Positions 37,702 to 46,893 of a stretch of 64,000 nucleotides of DNA are shown piece by piece (the first letter of the stretch is position 1; the number at the start of each line of letters is the position of its first letter). A program made the position numbers and the translations under genes. The notes under the pieces are model-generated. The model did no database searches. It was not told where the DNA came from and saw only the letters and a program-made list of their open reading frames with translations. Origin of the DNA: Vicinamibacteria bacterium (GTDB lineage Bacteria > Acidobacteriota > Vicinamibacteria > Marinacidobacterales > Marinacidobacteraceae); the NCBI GenBank assembly GCA_963555995.3, contig OY821641.1, positions 128,001 to 192,000 of the forward strand, read 5' to 3'.

Positions 37702-39270
37702 GTGAGGGAAACGCCGCCCGACCTCGGCCGGGTCACGGCCGTCTATCGCGTCCAGCGCGAAGCCGTCGCGTCGGAAGACTTGGCGCGGCTCATCGCCATC
37801 GAACAGACCGTCGAGATTCCCGAGGCGCTGATTCCGCCGGGGAAGATCCGCGACGAGGTCGTCGGGCGGGTGGAATCCGTGGTACCGGACCCGGCGGTTC
37901 CGGGCGCCAGCCGCATCACCATCAGCTACGGGGCAGAACTGGCGGCAGATCTTTTCGGCCTGCTCGCGGTCGCGATCGGCAACGCGCCGATGTACGGCGG
38001 AGTGCGGCTCGTCGAGCTGCAACCCCCGCGGGCGCTGCTCGAAACGCTGCCGGGGCCCAACCACGGCGTCGAAGGAGTACGGCGGCTATGCGGCGTGCTG
38101 GGACGGCCGCTCCTGGCCACCGCGCTCAAGCCACAGGGCTCAAGCGTCGCCGAACTGGCCTCCATCGGGGAGGCCTTCGCGCGCGGCGGCGGCGACCTGG
38201 TGAAGGACGACCAGAACCTGACCGATGACTTCGAGGCGTTCCGCGACCGGGTCACGGCGTGCGCGGAGGCCGTGGATCGCGGCAACCAGGCCACCGGCCG
38301 CCGGTGCCTCTACCTCCCGCACGCCGGCGCCCGCGCCGAGGAACTCGAACGGTACGTCGAGTTCGTCGCCGAAGCCGGGCTTCCCGGCGTCCTCGTCTGC
38401 CCGATGATCACCGGGCTCGACACGATGCGCGCCCTGGCGGAGCGCTATCCGCTGATCTTCATGGCGCATCCCTCCCTCACCGGGGCGTACACCCACGCCC
38501 GCGGCCACGGGGTGGCCCACGAGGTCCTCCTGGGGACCCTGTTCCGGCTGGCGGGCGCCGACATCTCGGTGTTCCCGGACGCGGGCGGGCGGTTCCAATA
38601 CACCGAGGCCGAGTGCGCGGGAATCACCGGGAGGCTCCGCGAACCGCTTGGCGCGCTCCGCCCGGCCTGGCCGTCGCCGGCCGGCGGGATGGGTCCGGCG
38701 GACGTCGGCCGCATCGGCGACACCTACGGCCCGGACACGGTGCTGCTCATCGGCGGCGCCCTGCTCGGCCATCCCGAGGGCATCGAGGCGGGAACCCGTC
38801 GGATCCTCGACCGCATTCGCGAGGTCCACCCGGAGGTTTCCATCCAGCCCTCCGCCCCGCCGCGGCCTTCCCTGCCAGAACCGCGGCGGCTCGCCTTCCG
38901 GCGGGACTGGAACTGGGAGGGCCGCGACAGCTCGCCCTACAAGGACGCGGGCGACCTCACCTTCCGGGGGGTGCGCCGGGTGGAACTCGTGGGCAAGTTC
39001 GGGGAGCGCACCCGCTCGGACCTGCGCTACTTCGAGGTCGAACCCGGCGGCCACACGAGCCTGGAGAGGCACCTCCACACCCATGTCGTGATCGGCGCGC
39101 GCGGGGAAGGCGTCCTCGTGCTCGGAGACCGCCGGATGCCGCTCAGGCAACTCGACGTGGCCTGCGTCGGCCCGCTGGAGGCCCACCAGTTGCGAAACGA
39201 GACGGAGGAGCCGTTCGGGTTCTTCTGCGTCGTGGACCACGACCGCGACCGCCCGCTGCGGGTGGGTTGA
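37702..39270 (+). CDS. RubisCO-like protein (form IV) fused to a C-terminal cupin
   Basis: 'ALKPQG', 'DLVKDDQ', 'MAHP', 'PAGG', 'IGG'; cupin 'LERHLHTH...AHQLRN...FFCVVD..RDRP'. Confidence 0.88.
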   Translation: MRETPPDLGRVTAVYRVQREAVASEDLARLIAIEQTVEIPEALIPPGKIRDEVVGRVESVVPDPAVPGASRITISYGAELAADLFGLLAVAIGNAPMYGGVRLVELQPPRALLETLPGPNHGVEGVRRLCGVLGRPLLATALKPQGSSVAELASIGEAFARGGGDLVKDDQNLTDDFEAFRDRVTACAEAVDRGNQATGRRCLYLPHAGARAEELERYVEFVAEAGLPGVLVCPMITGLDTMRALAERYPLIFMAHPSLTGAYTHARGHGVAHEVLLGTLFRLAGADISVFPDAGGRFQYTEAECAGITGRLREPLGALRPAWPSPAGGMGPADVGRIGDTYGPDTVLLIGGALLGHPEGIEAGTRRILDRIREVHPEVSIQPSAPPRPSLPEPRRLAFRRDWNWEGRDSSPYKDAGDLTFRGVRRVELVGKFGERTRSDLRYFEVEPGGHTSLERHLHTHVVIGARGEGVLVLGDRRMPLRQLDVACVGPLEAHQLRNETEEPFGFFCVVDHDRDRPLRVG

Positions 39271-39343
39271 CGACGGTGCCCCGCGATTTCGGGGACCGGG
39301 TTGGCGATCCGCGTTCAGCCGGAGCGGCGCGGAGTATCACGCC

Positions 39344-39826
39344 TCACGACGGATCCAACGTGCTCATGAAGCGTCCGAACCGCTCGAGGTCGCGCGTCAC
39401 CAGCGGGTGGGCCTGGCGCAGCTTGGCCACGAGGAAGTCCAGGCGATCCCAGTCGTATTCGAGCTCGAAGTAGTAGCGCTTGAAGTGGCGGAAGCGGAGC
39501 AGTTCCGAGAGCGGGGGAAGGGCTTCTTCCGATACCGCCGCCGCCCGCACGCCCTGAATCTCCAGAGTCATCCGCTGCAGCAGGTCCTGATGCCAGCGGT
39601 CGGAGCCGAGATCGTTCTCGAAGTGCTGCGAGATCCGCAGGAAGATGGTCTCCAGGCAGGTGTAGTAGTTCTCCAGCAGGCCGGCGACGATCAGGGCCGA
39701 CACCGGCGTCCTGCCGAGCCGGACGACCTCGTCGGTGAGCGCACTCTCGAGGGTTCCGCGAACCGTTTCGAGTCGCTTCCGATGTTGTTCGACGACGGCC
39801 GTGAGTTCACGGATCGAGGCGTTCAT
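39344..39826 (-). CDS. HEPN-domain ribonuclease toxin (HepT-like)
   Basis: 'LLENYYTCLETIF', 'WHQDLL', 'LRFRHFKRYY' (degenerate Rx4H). Confidence 0.8.
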   Translation of the reverse strand: MNASIRELTAVVEQHRKRLETVRGTLESALTDEVVRLGRTPVSALIVAGLLENYYTCLETIFLRISQHFENDLGSDRWHQDLLQRMTLEIQGVRAAAVSEEALPPLSELLRFRHFKRYYFELEYDWDRLDFLVAKLRQAHPLVTRDLERFGRFMSTLDPS

Positions 39827-40196
39827 GGACCAGTGCTCCCCGCGTGCGAATGCGCTCGGCGATGTCCTCCGGCACCTTCTCCAGTTCGATCACATCCACC
39901 GGCAGCGTCGTTCCGTCCATCGCGATGCCGAGCGTCCGAAAGAACTCGGCCGGCCCGCGCAGTCCCTCGACGGCGATGTCTATGTCCGAGATTTCGCTGA
40001 AGCGCGACCGATCGAGCAGCGATCCCCACTGGTAGATGCGGCGCGGGTTCACCTGTTCCGCGATCGCCGCGATGATCGCGCCGGCGTCGCGCGTGGCCCG
40101 CTCGAACCGTTTCTGGATGCGCGCGCGCCGGCGCCGTTCCTTTGCCGCCTGGAAGGCCCGGGCCCGATCAAGATCGATGCCAAACTCGTCTTGCAC
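39807..40196 (-). CDS. Minimal nucleotidyltransferase antitoxin (MNT)
   Basis: 'WGSL...SDIDIAVEG', 'VDVI'; start inferred at GTG 40196. Confidence 0.82.
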   Translation of the reverse strand: MQDEFGIDLDRARAFQAAKERRRRARIQKRFERATRDAGAIIAAIAEQVNPRRIYQWGSLLDRSRFSEISDIDIAVEGLRGPAEFFRTLGIAMDGTTLPVDVIELEKVPEDIAERIRTRGALVHERLDP

Positions 40197-40332
40197 CTTT
40201 CCGCAGTATAAGCGGCGGCGGCGGGCTCCCCGGACGATTGGCCCCGGTGGTCCGGGCCGCAGCCGCGAACCGCGCCCGCGCTCGGTGATATAACGCCGAA
40301 CCGCCCCAACCCCCCCGTCCCAAGGAGGCGTC

Positions 40333-42279
40333 ATGGCGAACTCATCCGGCAGCACCCGCGAGTTCACGCTGCGGGCACTTCTCCTCGGCCTCTTCATGGC
40401 CGTCGTGCTGGGAGCGGCGAACGCCTATCTCGGCATCCGCGCCGGCCAGACGGTTGCCGCCACCTTCCCGGCGGCCGTCGTCTCCATGGTCGTCATCCGG
40501 GGTCTCTTCAAGGGCAGCCTGCTTGAAGAGAACATCGCCCGCACCACGGCCTCGGTGGGCGAGGCGCTGGCCGCCGGGGCGATCTTCACGCTGCCGGCGT
40601 TCCTGATGGCGGGCGCCTGGGAGGAGTTCAACTACTGGGAGAGCACCCTGCTGATGCTCATCGGCGGCCTGCTCGGCATCCTGTTCGTGGTCATCCTGCG
40701 GCGGAGCATGGTGACCGACCCCGAGCTGCCGTTCCCCGAGTCGGTCGCCGCCGCCGAGATCCACCGCGCCGGACAGGGCGCGAGCGGCGGCCGGCTGCTC
40801 TTCCAGATGATGGGCGCCGGCGCGCTGATCGAGGTCCTCAAGAACTCGAAGGGCATCCAGCTCTTCACCGACCGGATTTCGGGGGCCCTCGGTTACGGCT
40901 CCTTCCAGGGGTCGGTCGCCGTCGGGGGCCAGTCCTTCGGGGCGGCGGCCCAGCCGGGGGTGCTGCCTTTTTCGACCCCGGCGGCGTCGCCCGCCTATCT
41001 CGGGGTGGGCTACATCATCGGGTTCCGGTTGTCGGCGCTCGTCTTCTCCGGCGGGGTCTTCGCCTGGTGGTTCATGATCCCGGCGGTCCTCTTCTTCAAT
41101 CCGGAGTTCGCCGACGCGGGAAGGCTGGCGGCGGCGGGCGCCGACTGGAGCGCGGTCAGCGGCGTGGTCTGGGCCGAGCTCGTACGGCCGATCGCGGTGG
41201 GAGCCATGATCGCCGGGGCGGTCTGGACGCTGCTCCGGATGCGCAAGTCGCTCGGGGAAGGGCTCAAGCGGTCCGTCGCCGAGCTGAGGACGGGGCACCC
41301 GGCCGGATCGGGCGACGAGAAGGACCGCGACATCCCCTTCAGCTGGACGACCGCGGGCGTGGTCGCCCTGATCGTCCCGACCTTCTTCCTCTACAACTAC
41401 TACACCGGGCAGCCGCTCGGGGCGCTCGGTTCGGCGATCGTGATGATCGTGGCCGGGTTCTTCTTCTCGGCGGTGGCCGGCTATCTCGTCGGCGTGGTCG
41501 GGAGTTCCTCGAACCCGGTTTCCGGACTCACGATCTCGACCCTGCTGCTGGCGGCGCTGCTGATGACTTTCCTCGGGGTCACCGGAACGGAGGGCGTGAC
41601 CGCGGTGCTGGGGGTGGCGGCCGTCGTCTGCTGCGCTTGCGCGGTCGCCGGGGACATGCTGCAGGACCTGAAGGTGGGCCAGATCCTCGGCGGAACGCCG
41701 TTCCGCATGGAATGGGCGGAGATCATCGGCGTGGTCTTCGCGTCCATGTTCCTGGTCCTGCCGATGATGCTGCTCCACGAGGGGGACATCGCCGCGGGCG
41801 GCATCGGGATCGGCGGCGAAGAGCTGCCGGCCCCGCAGGCGGGGCTGATGGCGCTGCTCTCCCAGGGCATCGTCGGCGGCGACATGCGCTGGCCGCTCGT
41901 GGTCTTCGGGATCGCCCTCTGTCTCTTCCTGATCCTGATCCAGGCGCCCTCCCCGATGCTGATCGCGGTGGGGATGTACCTGCCGCTCCAGACCACCTTC
42001 GCGATCTTCGTCGGCGGTTTCTTCCGCTGGCTGAGCGACCGTCAGATGGCCAAGCTTCCGGCTGAACGCCGGACGCTCGGAGAAAGCGCCGGGACGCTCA
42101 TCGCCTCCGGCCTCATCGCGGGCGAGGCGCTGATGGGCGTCGGGCTCTCCGGATTCGCGGTCGCGGAATTCCAGTTGCCGGTGCTGGTGTCCACGCCCTC
42201 CGGCATCCCGGGATTCCTGGTGTTCGTCGTGCTCGGGTGGTTCCTGATCCGCATCCCGCTCCGCCACGCGCGGGGGTAG
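40333..42279 (+). CDS. OPT family oligopeptide transporter
   Basis: 'REFTLRA', 'LPFPE', 'SNPVSG', 'QDLKVG', 'APQA', 'SGLIAGE'. Confidence 0.93.
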   Translation: MANSSGSTREFTLRALLLGLFMAVVLGAANAYLGIRAGQTVAATFPAAVVSMVVIRGLFKGSLLEENIARTTASVGEALAAGAIFTLPAFLMAGAWEEFNYWESTLLMLIGGLLGILFVVILRRSMVTDPELPFPESVAAAEIHRAGQGASGGRLLFQMMGAGALIEVLKNSKGIQLFTDRISGALGYGSFQGSVAVGGQSFGAAAQPGVLPFSTPAASPAYLGVGYIIGFRLSALVFSGGVFAWWFMIPAVLFFNPEFADAGRLAAAGADWSAVSGVVWAELVRPIAVGAMIAGAVWTLLRMRKSLGEGLKRSVAELRTGHPAGSGDEKDRDIPFSWTTAGVVALIVPTFFLYNYYTGQPLGALGSAIVMIVAGFFFSAVAGYLVGVVGSSSNPVSGLTISTLLLAALLMTFLGVTGTEGVTAVLGVAAVVCCACAVAGDMLQDLKVGQILGGTPFRMEWAEIIGVVFASMFLVLPMMLLHEGDIAAGGIGIGGEELPAPQAGLMALLSQGIVGGDMRWPLVVFGIALCLFLILIQAPSPMLIAVGMYLPLQTTFAIFVGGFFRWLSDRQMAKLPAERRTLGESAGTLIASGLIAGEALMGVGLSGFAVAEFQLPVLVSTPSGIPGFLVFVVLGWFLIRIPLRHARG

Positions 42280-42565
42280 GCTTTGGCGGAGCTTGGGACC
42301 GCCGGCCAGTGCTCCCGGTGGGGCCTTCAGACCGGCACCGCCAGCCCGAGGCTCGTGAAGCGCGCGGCACGGTGCTGCCCTTGACGAGGCCGGGAGGTCG
42401 TCCCGGGTCGGCGAGGGGCGAGGCGGAGGGAGCGGAGCGACCGGAGCTACGGACCTGCCACCGGCTGCTCATCGGGTTCTCCCTTCGGCGTTGAACAGCC
42501 CGGATAGAAGATTCGTCAGAAACCGACGCCAAGCCAACGCGGGCCGCCGGTTTCGGACGCCGGGA

Positions 42566-43297
42566 CTACTGCGAAAGGCGGAGCGCGGCGAACAGAAGTC
42601 CGGCCACCCCGATGATGGCGACCATGAGTCGCCGCTCGGCCGCGGCGACCGCGTTCGTCACATCGGCCTTGGTGGCGAAGTCCCTCCGGATGTTCGCCTC
42701 GGTGCGCTCCAGGTCGTCGCGCATCGTTGTCCGGACGTCTTCCAGATCCTTCCGCATCGTTGTCCGGGTGTCTTCCAGGTCCTTCCGGAGCATCGCGACA
42801 TCGGCCTTGGTGGCGGTGTCCCTCCGGATGTTCGCCTCGGTGCGCTCCAGGTCGTCGCGCATCGTTGTCCGGACGTCTTCCAGGTCCTTCCGGAGCATCG
42901 CGACATCGGCCTTGGTGGCGGTGTCCTTCCGGATGTTCGCCTCGGTGCGCTCCAGGTCGTCGCGCATCGTTGTCCGGGTGTCTTCCAGGTCCTTCCGGAG
43001 CATCACGACATCGGCCTTGGTGGCGGTGTCCTTCCGGATGTTCGCCTCGGTGCGCTCCAGGTCGTCGCGCATCGTTGTCCGGACGTCTTCCAGGTCCTTC
43101 CGCATCGTTGTCCGGATGTCTTCCAGATCCTCGCGGATGGCCGCCACGTCCGCCTTCGAAGCGACGTTGCGGATCCATGGACCCATGTGCTCCTCGGCCA
43201 GAACCTCGGCCAGCCCCTCCTCCATGCCGGCCTCGGTGAGGCGCTTCACGAACCGGTGGCTGTCGAACACTGCTTGTGCAACCTGTGCGGGAGTCAT
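42566..43297 (-). CDS. DUF1640/CCDC90-like membrane-anchored coiled-coil protein
   Basis: 'FDSHRFVKRLTEAG', repeated 'ATKAD' beta-layer motifs, C-terminal TM. Confidence 0.8.
   Translation of the reverse strand: MTPAQVAQAVFDSHRFVKRLTEAGMEEGLAEVLAEEHMGPWIRNVASKADVAAIREDLEDIRTTMRKDLEDVRTTMRDDLERTEANIRKDTATKADVVMLRKDLEDTRTTMRDDLERTEANIRKDTATKADVAMLRKDLEDVRTTMRDDLERTEANIRRDTATKADVAMLRKDLEDTRTTMRKDLEDVRTTMRDDLERTEANIRRDFATKADVTNAVAAAERRLMVAIIGVAGLLFAALRLSQ
42660..43135 (-). repeat. Intragenic tandem repeats (105-bp unit with 33-bp sub-units)
   Basis: CCTTCCGGAGCATC recurs at 42781, 42886 and 42991. Confidence 0.9.
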
Positions 43298-43413
43298 GCT
43301 ACCAGCCTCCCGAAGGGGTTGGGCGCGCGCGTTGGCGAGAAAGAGATGGTGTCTGGCATCGGGACTCCTCCTTGAGGTGCGGTGACAGGAACACGACGTA
43401 CCCGTCCTACTTG

Positions 43414-43477
43414 CTCAGACGTAATTCCGCTCGATTTTTCCCACATTGGGCCAAAATGTGGAAAAGTCGAAGCAAAG
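43414..43477. promoter_or_regulatory. Conserved ~65-bp non-coding element, copy A
   Basis: CAGACGTAATTCCG...GATTTTTCCCAC-N12-TGTGGAAAAGTCGAAGC; also at 48848 and 49714. Confidence 0.75.
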
Positions 43478-43613
43478 GTGCACAAATTGCCGTGCGGGCC
43501 AGCGGCGCGGGACCCGGGCGCGGCGTCGTTGACGCGCGGCAGAAGCCGCCCGGGCGGCTGGCTGGCGGCCAATCAGAGGGCGACGAGGACGACGAGGACG
43601 ACGAGGGACCGGC

Positions 43614-44774
43614 CTACTCCACCGCGCAGGTCGGCTCGGAACCGATGCGGTGCCGGTTGCGGGCGACGAGGTCGTAGGCCGCCTGGCCGATGCGGTCGAA
43701 GGCGGGGAAGAAGAACGCGATCATGGCGACGATCGCGAGGCTGCGCGCCCACGCGGGTCCCCAGTGCAGGCTCAGGAGGATCCCGAGCATGACGAAGTAG
43801 GTGACCGGGTTGTAGAGCAGCATCAGCTTGAACGCCCGGAAGCCCTCCGCGATGCGCTCGCCGTCCACGACGATGTGCAGGCGCTTCGCGAGGGCGTCCC
43901 GGGAGATGCCGAAGCGGTCACCGGTTCCGCTCTGGAACGTGGTCCAGCGGAAGGCGCCCTCGAAGTCGAGGGCCTCGAACCACCGCTTCGTCTTCGCGCA
44001 GATGCCGCAGTCGCCGTCGTAGATGACCTCCGTGGTCGTCCGGGGCCAGCGGGCGAACGCGAAGTAGGCGGCGGGCGCCACGTAGAGGAACAGGACGAAG
44101 GTGATCCCGGTGAAGAGCGTCATCGCCGCGTGGAACAGGATCCCGAGCCAGATCGCGAAGACCCACAGCCGCGGCCACGCGAAGCCGGCGAAGAGGCTCA
44201 GTTCGGTCGCGATGGTCCCCCAGCACATGAACTTCGACAGCGCCACCTCTGGCAGCAGCGCGGCGGCGCGCCGGTAGAGGTCGTGCTCGAGGTTGACGGT
44301 CCAGTGCTCGAAGAACTGGCCGGAAAGCCAGTCGGGATCGAGGACCTTGTTGAGTCCGGCGCCGAAATAGATCATGGCCACCTGGATCCGCAGGAGCCAG
44401 ACCGACCGTTCGGACGTGTAGAGGCCGATCAGCGTGAGCACCGCCCCCATGAAGAAGGTGTTGTTGGCCCAGTAGATCCGCGACGCGGCGATCCCGACGA
44501 GGATCGTCATGCCCACCACGAAGGAGGCCAGCCGCACCCCGCGGTTCAGGAGCAGGCAGGCCGAACCGGCGAGGAACAGGACCTGCAGCGCGGTTCGGAA
44601 CAGCTCGGGATTCCCGATCCGGTCGAAGACGGACAGGAAGGGAAGGAACGGGTCCGGGAGCGTCGTCACGTGGCCGGTGGCCAGCATCGTGACCACGATG
44701 AGCTTCGCCGACAGCAGGAGGGGTACAGGCAAGGGCGTACCGCCCAGCCGCAGCGGATTCCACGACGGCGCCAT
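43614..44774 (-). CDS. HTTM-like membrane domain fused to a DCC1-like thiol-disulfide oxidoreductase domain
   Basis: 'QVAMIYFGAGLNK..DPDWLSG'; C-terminal 'VIYDGDCGIC', 'YDLVARNRH'. Confidence 0.78.
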   Translation of the reverse strand: MAPSWNPLRLGGTPLPVPLLLSAKLIVVTMLATGHVTTLPDPFLPFLSVFDRIGNPELFRTALQVLFLAGSACLLLNRGVRLASFVVGMTILVGIAASRIYWANNTFFMGAVLTLIGLYTSERSVWLLRIQVAMIYFGAGLNKVLDPDWLSGQFFEHWTVNLEHDLYRRAAALLPEVALSKFMCWGTIATELSLFAGFAWPRLWVFAIWLGILFHAAMTLFTGITFVLFLYVAPAAYFAFARWPRTTTEVIYDGDCGICAKTKRWFEALDFEGAFRWTTFQSGTGDRFGISRDALAKRLHIVVDGERIAEGFRAFKLMLLYNPVTYFVMLGILLSLHWGPAWARSLAIVAMIAFFFPAFDRIGQAAYDLVARNRHRIGSEPTCAVE

Positions 44775-44781
44775 TACGGCC

Positions 44782-45123
44782 CTATCGTGGCGGCCAGGTC
44801 CACGTCTCTTCCGGATGCCCGTTGACGGTGTAGATCACGACGACCTCCGCCCCGTCGTCCCGGCCGTAGGTCTCCTCGTACTGCCGGACCTTGTCGAGCG
44901 CGTGCTGGATGGCCTGCCAGTTGCCGCCCTCGGCCGGCTGTCGGTAGCGCGCTTCGATCTCCTCGGCGCTGAGCTCGCGCCCGTCCATGACGACCGCGAT
45001 CGAGTAGAGGTTCTGCGAGTCCATCGGCGCCCAGCAGAAGTAGCGGGACGGGACGAAGCGCGCGTACCCGATCATGGCGACCTGGAAGGCGAGCAGCGCG
45101 ACGGCGGCAAGGGTGCGGGTCAC
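44782..45123 (-). CDS. Small hypothetical membrane-anchored protein
   Basis: GTG overlaps the SSS stop; N-terminal TM; fills the gap in the operon. Confidence 0.65.
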   Translation of the reverse strand: MTRTLAAVALLAFQVAMIGYARFVPSRYFCWAPMDSQNLYSIAVVMDGRELSAEEIEARYRQPAEGGNWQAIQHALDKVRQYEETYGRDDGAEVVVIYTVNGHPEETWTWPPR

Positions 45124-46649
45124 GAACCGAGCGTATCCCGTCGCGGCGCGCGACGCTCCCACACCGCGCTGACCGTCCAGCCGACGGCGACCTGGACCAG
45201 GAGCGACGCCGAAGCGACCCACTGGAAGCTCACCGGGTCGCCGCCGGTCTCGGGGTCGAATCCGAAGATGGGTCCGGAGAAGGCGACGAGCGCCGCCGCG
45301 ACGATGCCCGCGACGGTGCCGGCGGCCGCTCCGCCGGCCCGCACCCGGGGCAGGAACAGCGCGAAGAGGAAGAGACCGAAGATGGGGCCGGTCAGGAGGT
45401 TCGACGTCTTGGACGTCACCTCGGTGATGTTGCCGGGGACGAGGTCCATGAGGAAGCTGCCGAGTACGATGAGTCCGCCGGCCGCCGCGGCGAGCCAGCG
45501 GGCCTGCCGGAGGTCGCGCGCGTCGTCGGGCCGGCGCTTCCGGAAGCGGCCCACGAAGTCGGTCAGCACCACCGCCGAGATCGAGTTCACGCCCGAGTCC
45601 ACGCTGGACATGGCGGCGGCGAACATCGCGGCGACGACGAGTCCCGCGATCCCCGCCGGGAGCCGGTTGGCGATGAAGAACGGGAACACGTGGTCCGCGT
45701 CGTCGCGCAGCGACATGCCCGCGCCGAGTTGCCCGGGAAAGGCCTCGAAGTAGCCGAGGAGCGCGACGCCGACGAGCGCGAGCACGATCGTGACCACGGC
45801 GATCGCCAGAAGCTGGGTCCCGTAGGCCCGCCGGGCCGCGCGCAGGTCGGTGGTCGCCATGAAGCGCTGCACCGAGACCTGGTCGCCGCCCGCGGTGGCC
45901 GCGTACCAGACCATCGTGGAGACCACGGTCCCGAACGCCGTTACCCGCGTGGCCGGGTCGAGGCTGAACAGGGGCTGCGTGTCCCAGTTGGCCTGCCAGG
46001 TCGTCGGAAACCACCCGAAGCCGCCGAGCTCCACGGTCACGATGCCGAGCACCAGCAGCGCCCCTCCGAAGAGCAGCAGGGACTGGATGCAGTCGGTGAC
46101 GACGACGGCCCGCAGACCTCCGAGCGACGTGTAGATGACCGCCACCGTCGCCGTGAACAGGACGACGAGCGGTACCGCGGAGGGACCGGCGCCGATCATT
46201 ACCGTCAGCGCGACCGCCGCCGCATGGACCACCAGCGACATCCAGGCGAGCCGGAGCACGATGAACATCGAAGCGCCCAGCAGCCGCGCCCCGGGGCCGA
46301 GGCGCACCTCGAGGAGCTCGTAGGCGCTCGTCACCCGGTGCTTCATGTACACCGGCAGCAGTCCGTAGCAGACGACCACATAGACGAGGGGAAGCCCCAG
46401 GAGCTGGACCAGCAGCACCGGCCCCCGCCCGAGCGTTTCCCCCGGTACCGACAGGTAGGACACCGTGCTGACGAGCGTCGCGAACAGCGAGATGCCCACG
46501 GCGACGGGGTGGAGCCGGCCGCCGCCGATGAAGTACTCCTTCGTCGAGGACTGGCGCCGGCCGTAGAACCAGCCGAGCCAGAGGGTGAGGCCCGCGTAGG
46601 CCGCGAGGACGAGCCAGTCGGTGGCGGCCAGGCCCTGGTTCATCCTCAC
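45120..46649 (-). CDS. Sodium:solute symporter
   Basis: 'KEYFIGG', 'SAYELLEVR', 'GGLRAVVVTD', 'DQVSVQR', 'AAAMSS'. Confidence 0.92.
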   Translation of the reverse strand: MRMNQGLAATDWLVLAAYAGLTLWLGWFYGRRQSSTKEYFIGGGRLHPVAVGISLFATLVSTVSYLSVPGETLGRGPVLLVQLLGLPLVYVVVCYGLLPVYMKHRVTSAYELLEVRLGPGARLLGASMFIVLRLAWMSLVVHAAAVALTVMIGAGPSAVPLVVLFTATVAVIYTSLGGLRAVVVTDCIQSLLLFGGALLVLGIVTVELGGFGWFPTTWQANWDTQPLFSLDPATRVTAFGTVVSTMVWYAATAGGDQVSVQRFMATTDLRAARRAYGTQLLAIAVVTIVLALVGVALLGYFEAFPGQLGAGMSLRDDADHVFPFFIANRLPAGIAGLVVAAMFAAAMSSVDSGVNSISAVVLTDFVGRFRKRRPDDARDLRQARWLAAAAGGLIVLGSFLMDLVPGNITEVTSKTSNLLTGPIFGLFLFALFLPRVRAGGAAAGTVAGIVAAALVAFSGPIFGFDPETGGDPVSFQWVASASLLVQVAVGWTVSAVWERRAPRRDTLGS

Positions 46650-46683
46650 GTTGGCAGCCCACGGCTGGAGTGGCGCACCGCCT

Positions 46684-46825
46684 GGGAGCGCCGACCTTCA
46701 GGTCGGCACGCGGCCCGCAGGGCCGCAGGGGCGCGCCGCCAGTCGGGCTGAACGGCGGCGCGGGTTTCCCGGCGCCATCCGGTTGGGGAGCGGTCTGCGG
46801 TGCCGGTGTGAACACCGGCGCTCCC
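46684..46825. repeat. REPIN-like doublet of variant REPs
   Basis: GGGAGCGCCGACCTTCAGGTCGGCA ... TGCCGGTGTGAACACCGGCGCTCCC. Confidence 0.78.
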
Positions 46826-46893
46826 GGCGGCCAGACCCTGTTTCATCCGCGCTCGGGTATAACACAGCCGCGCAGCGAAGGGAGACCCGAGCC

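Noticed and set aside
37702-39270. Carbon-fixing RubisCO
   Set aside because: Lacks the second Lys of the KPK motif, has KDDQ for KDDE and HP for HR; no small subunit or phosphoribulokinase nearby
42660-43135. CRISPR or non-coding repeat array
   Set aside because: Repeats are in-frame coding units of a coiled-coil protein with no unique spacers
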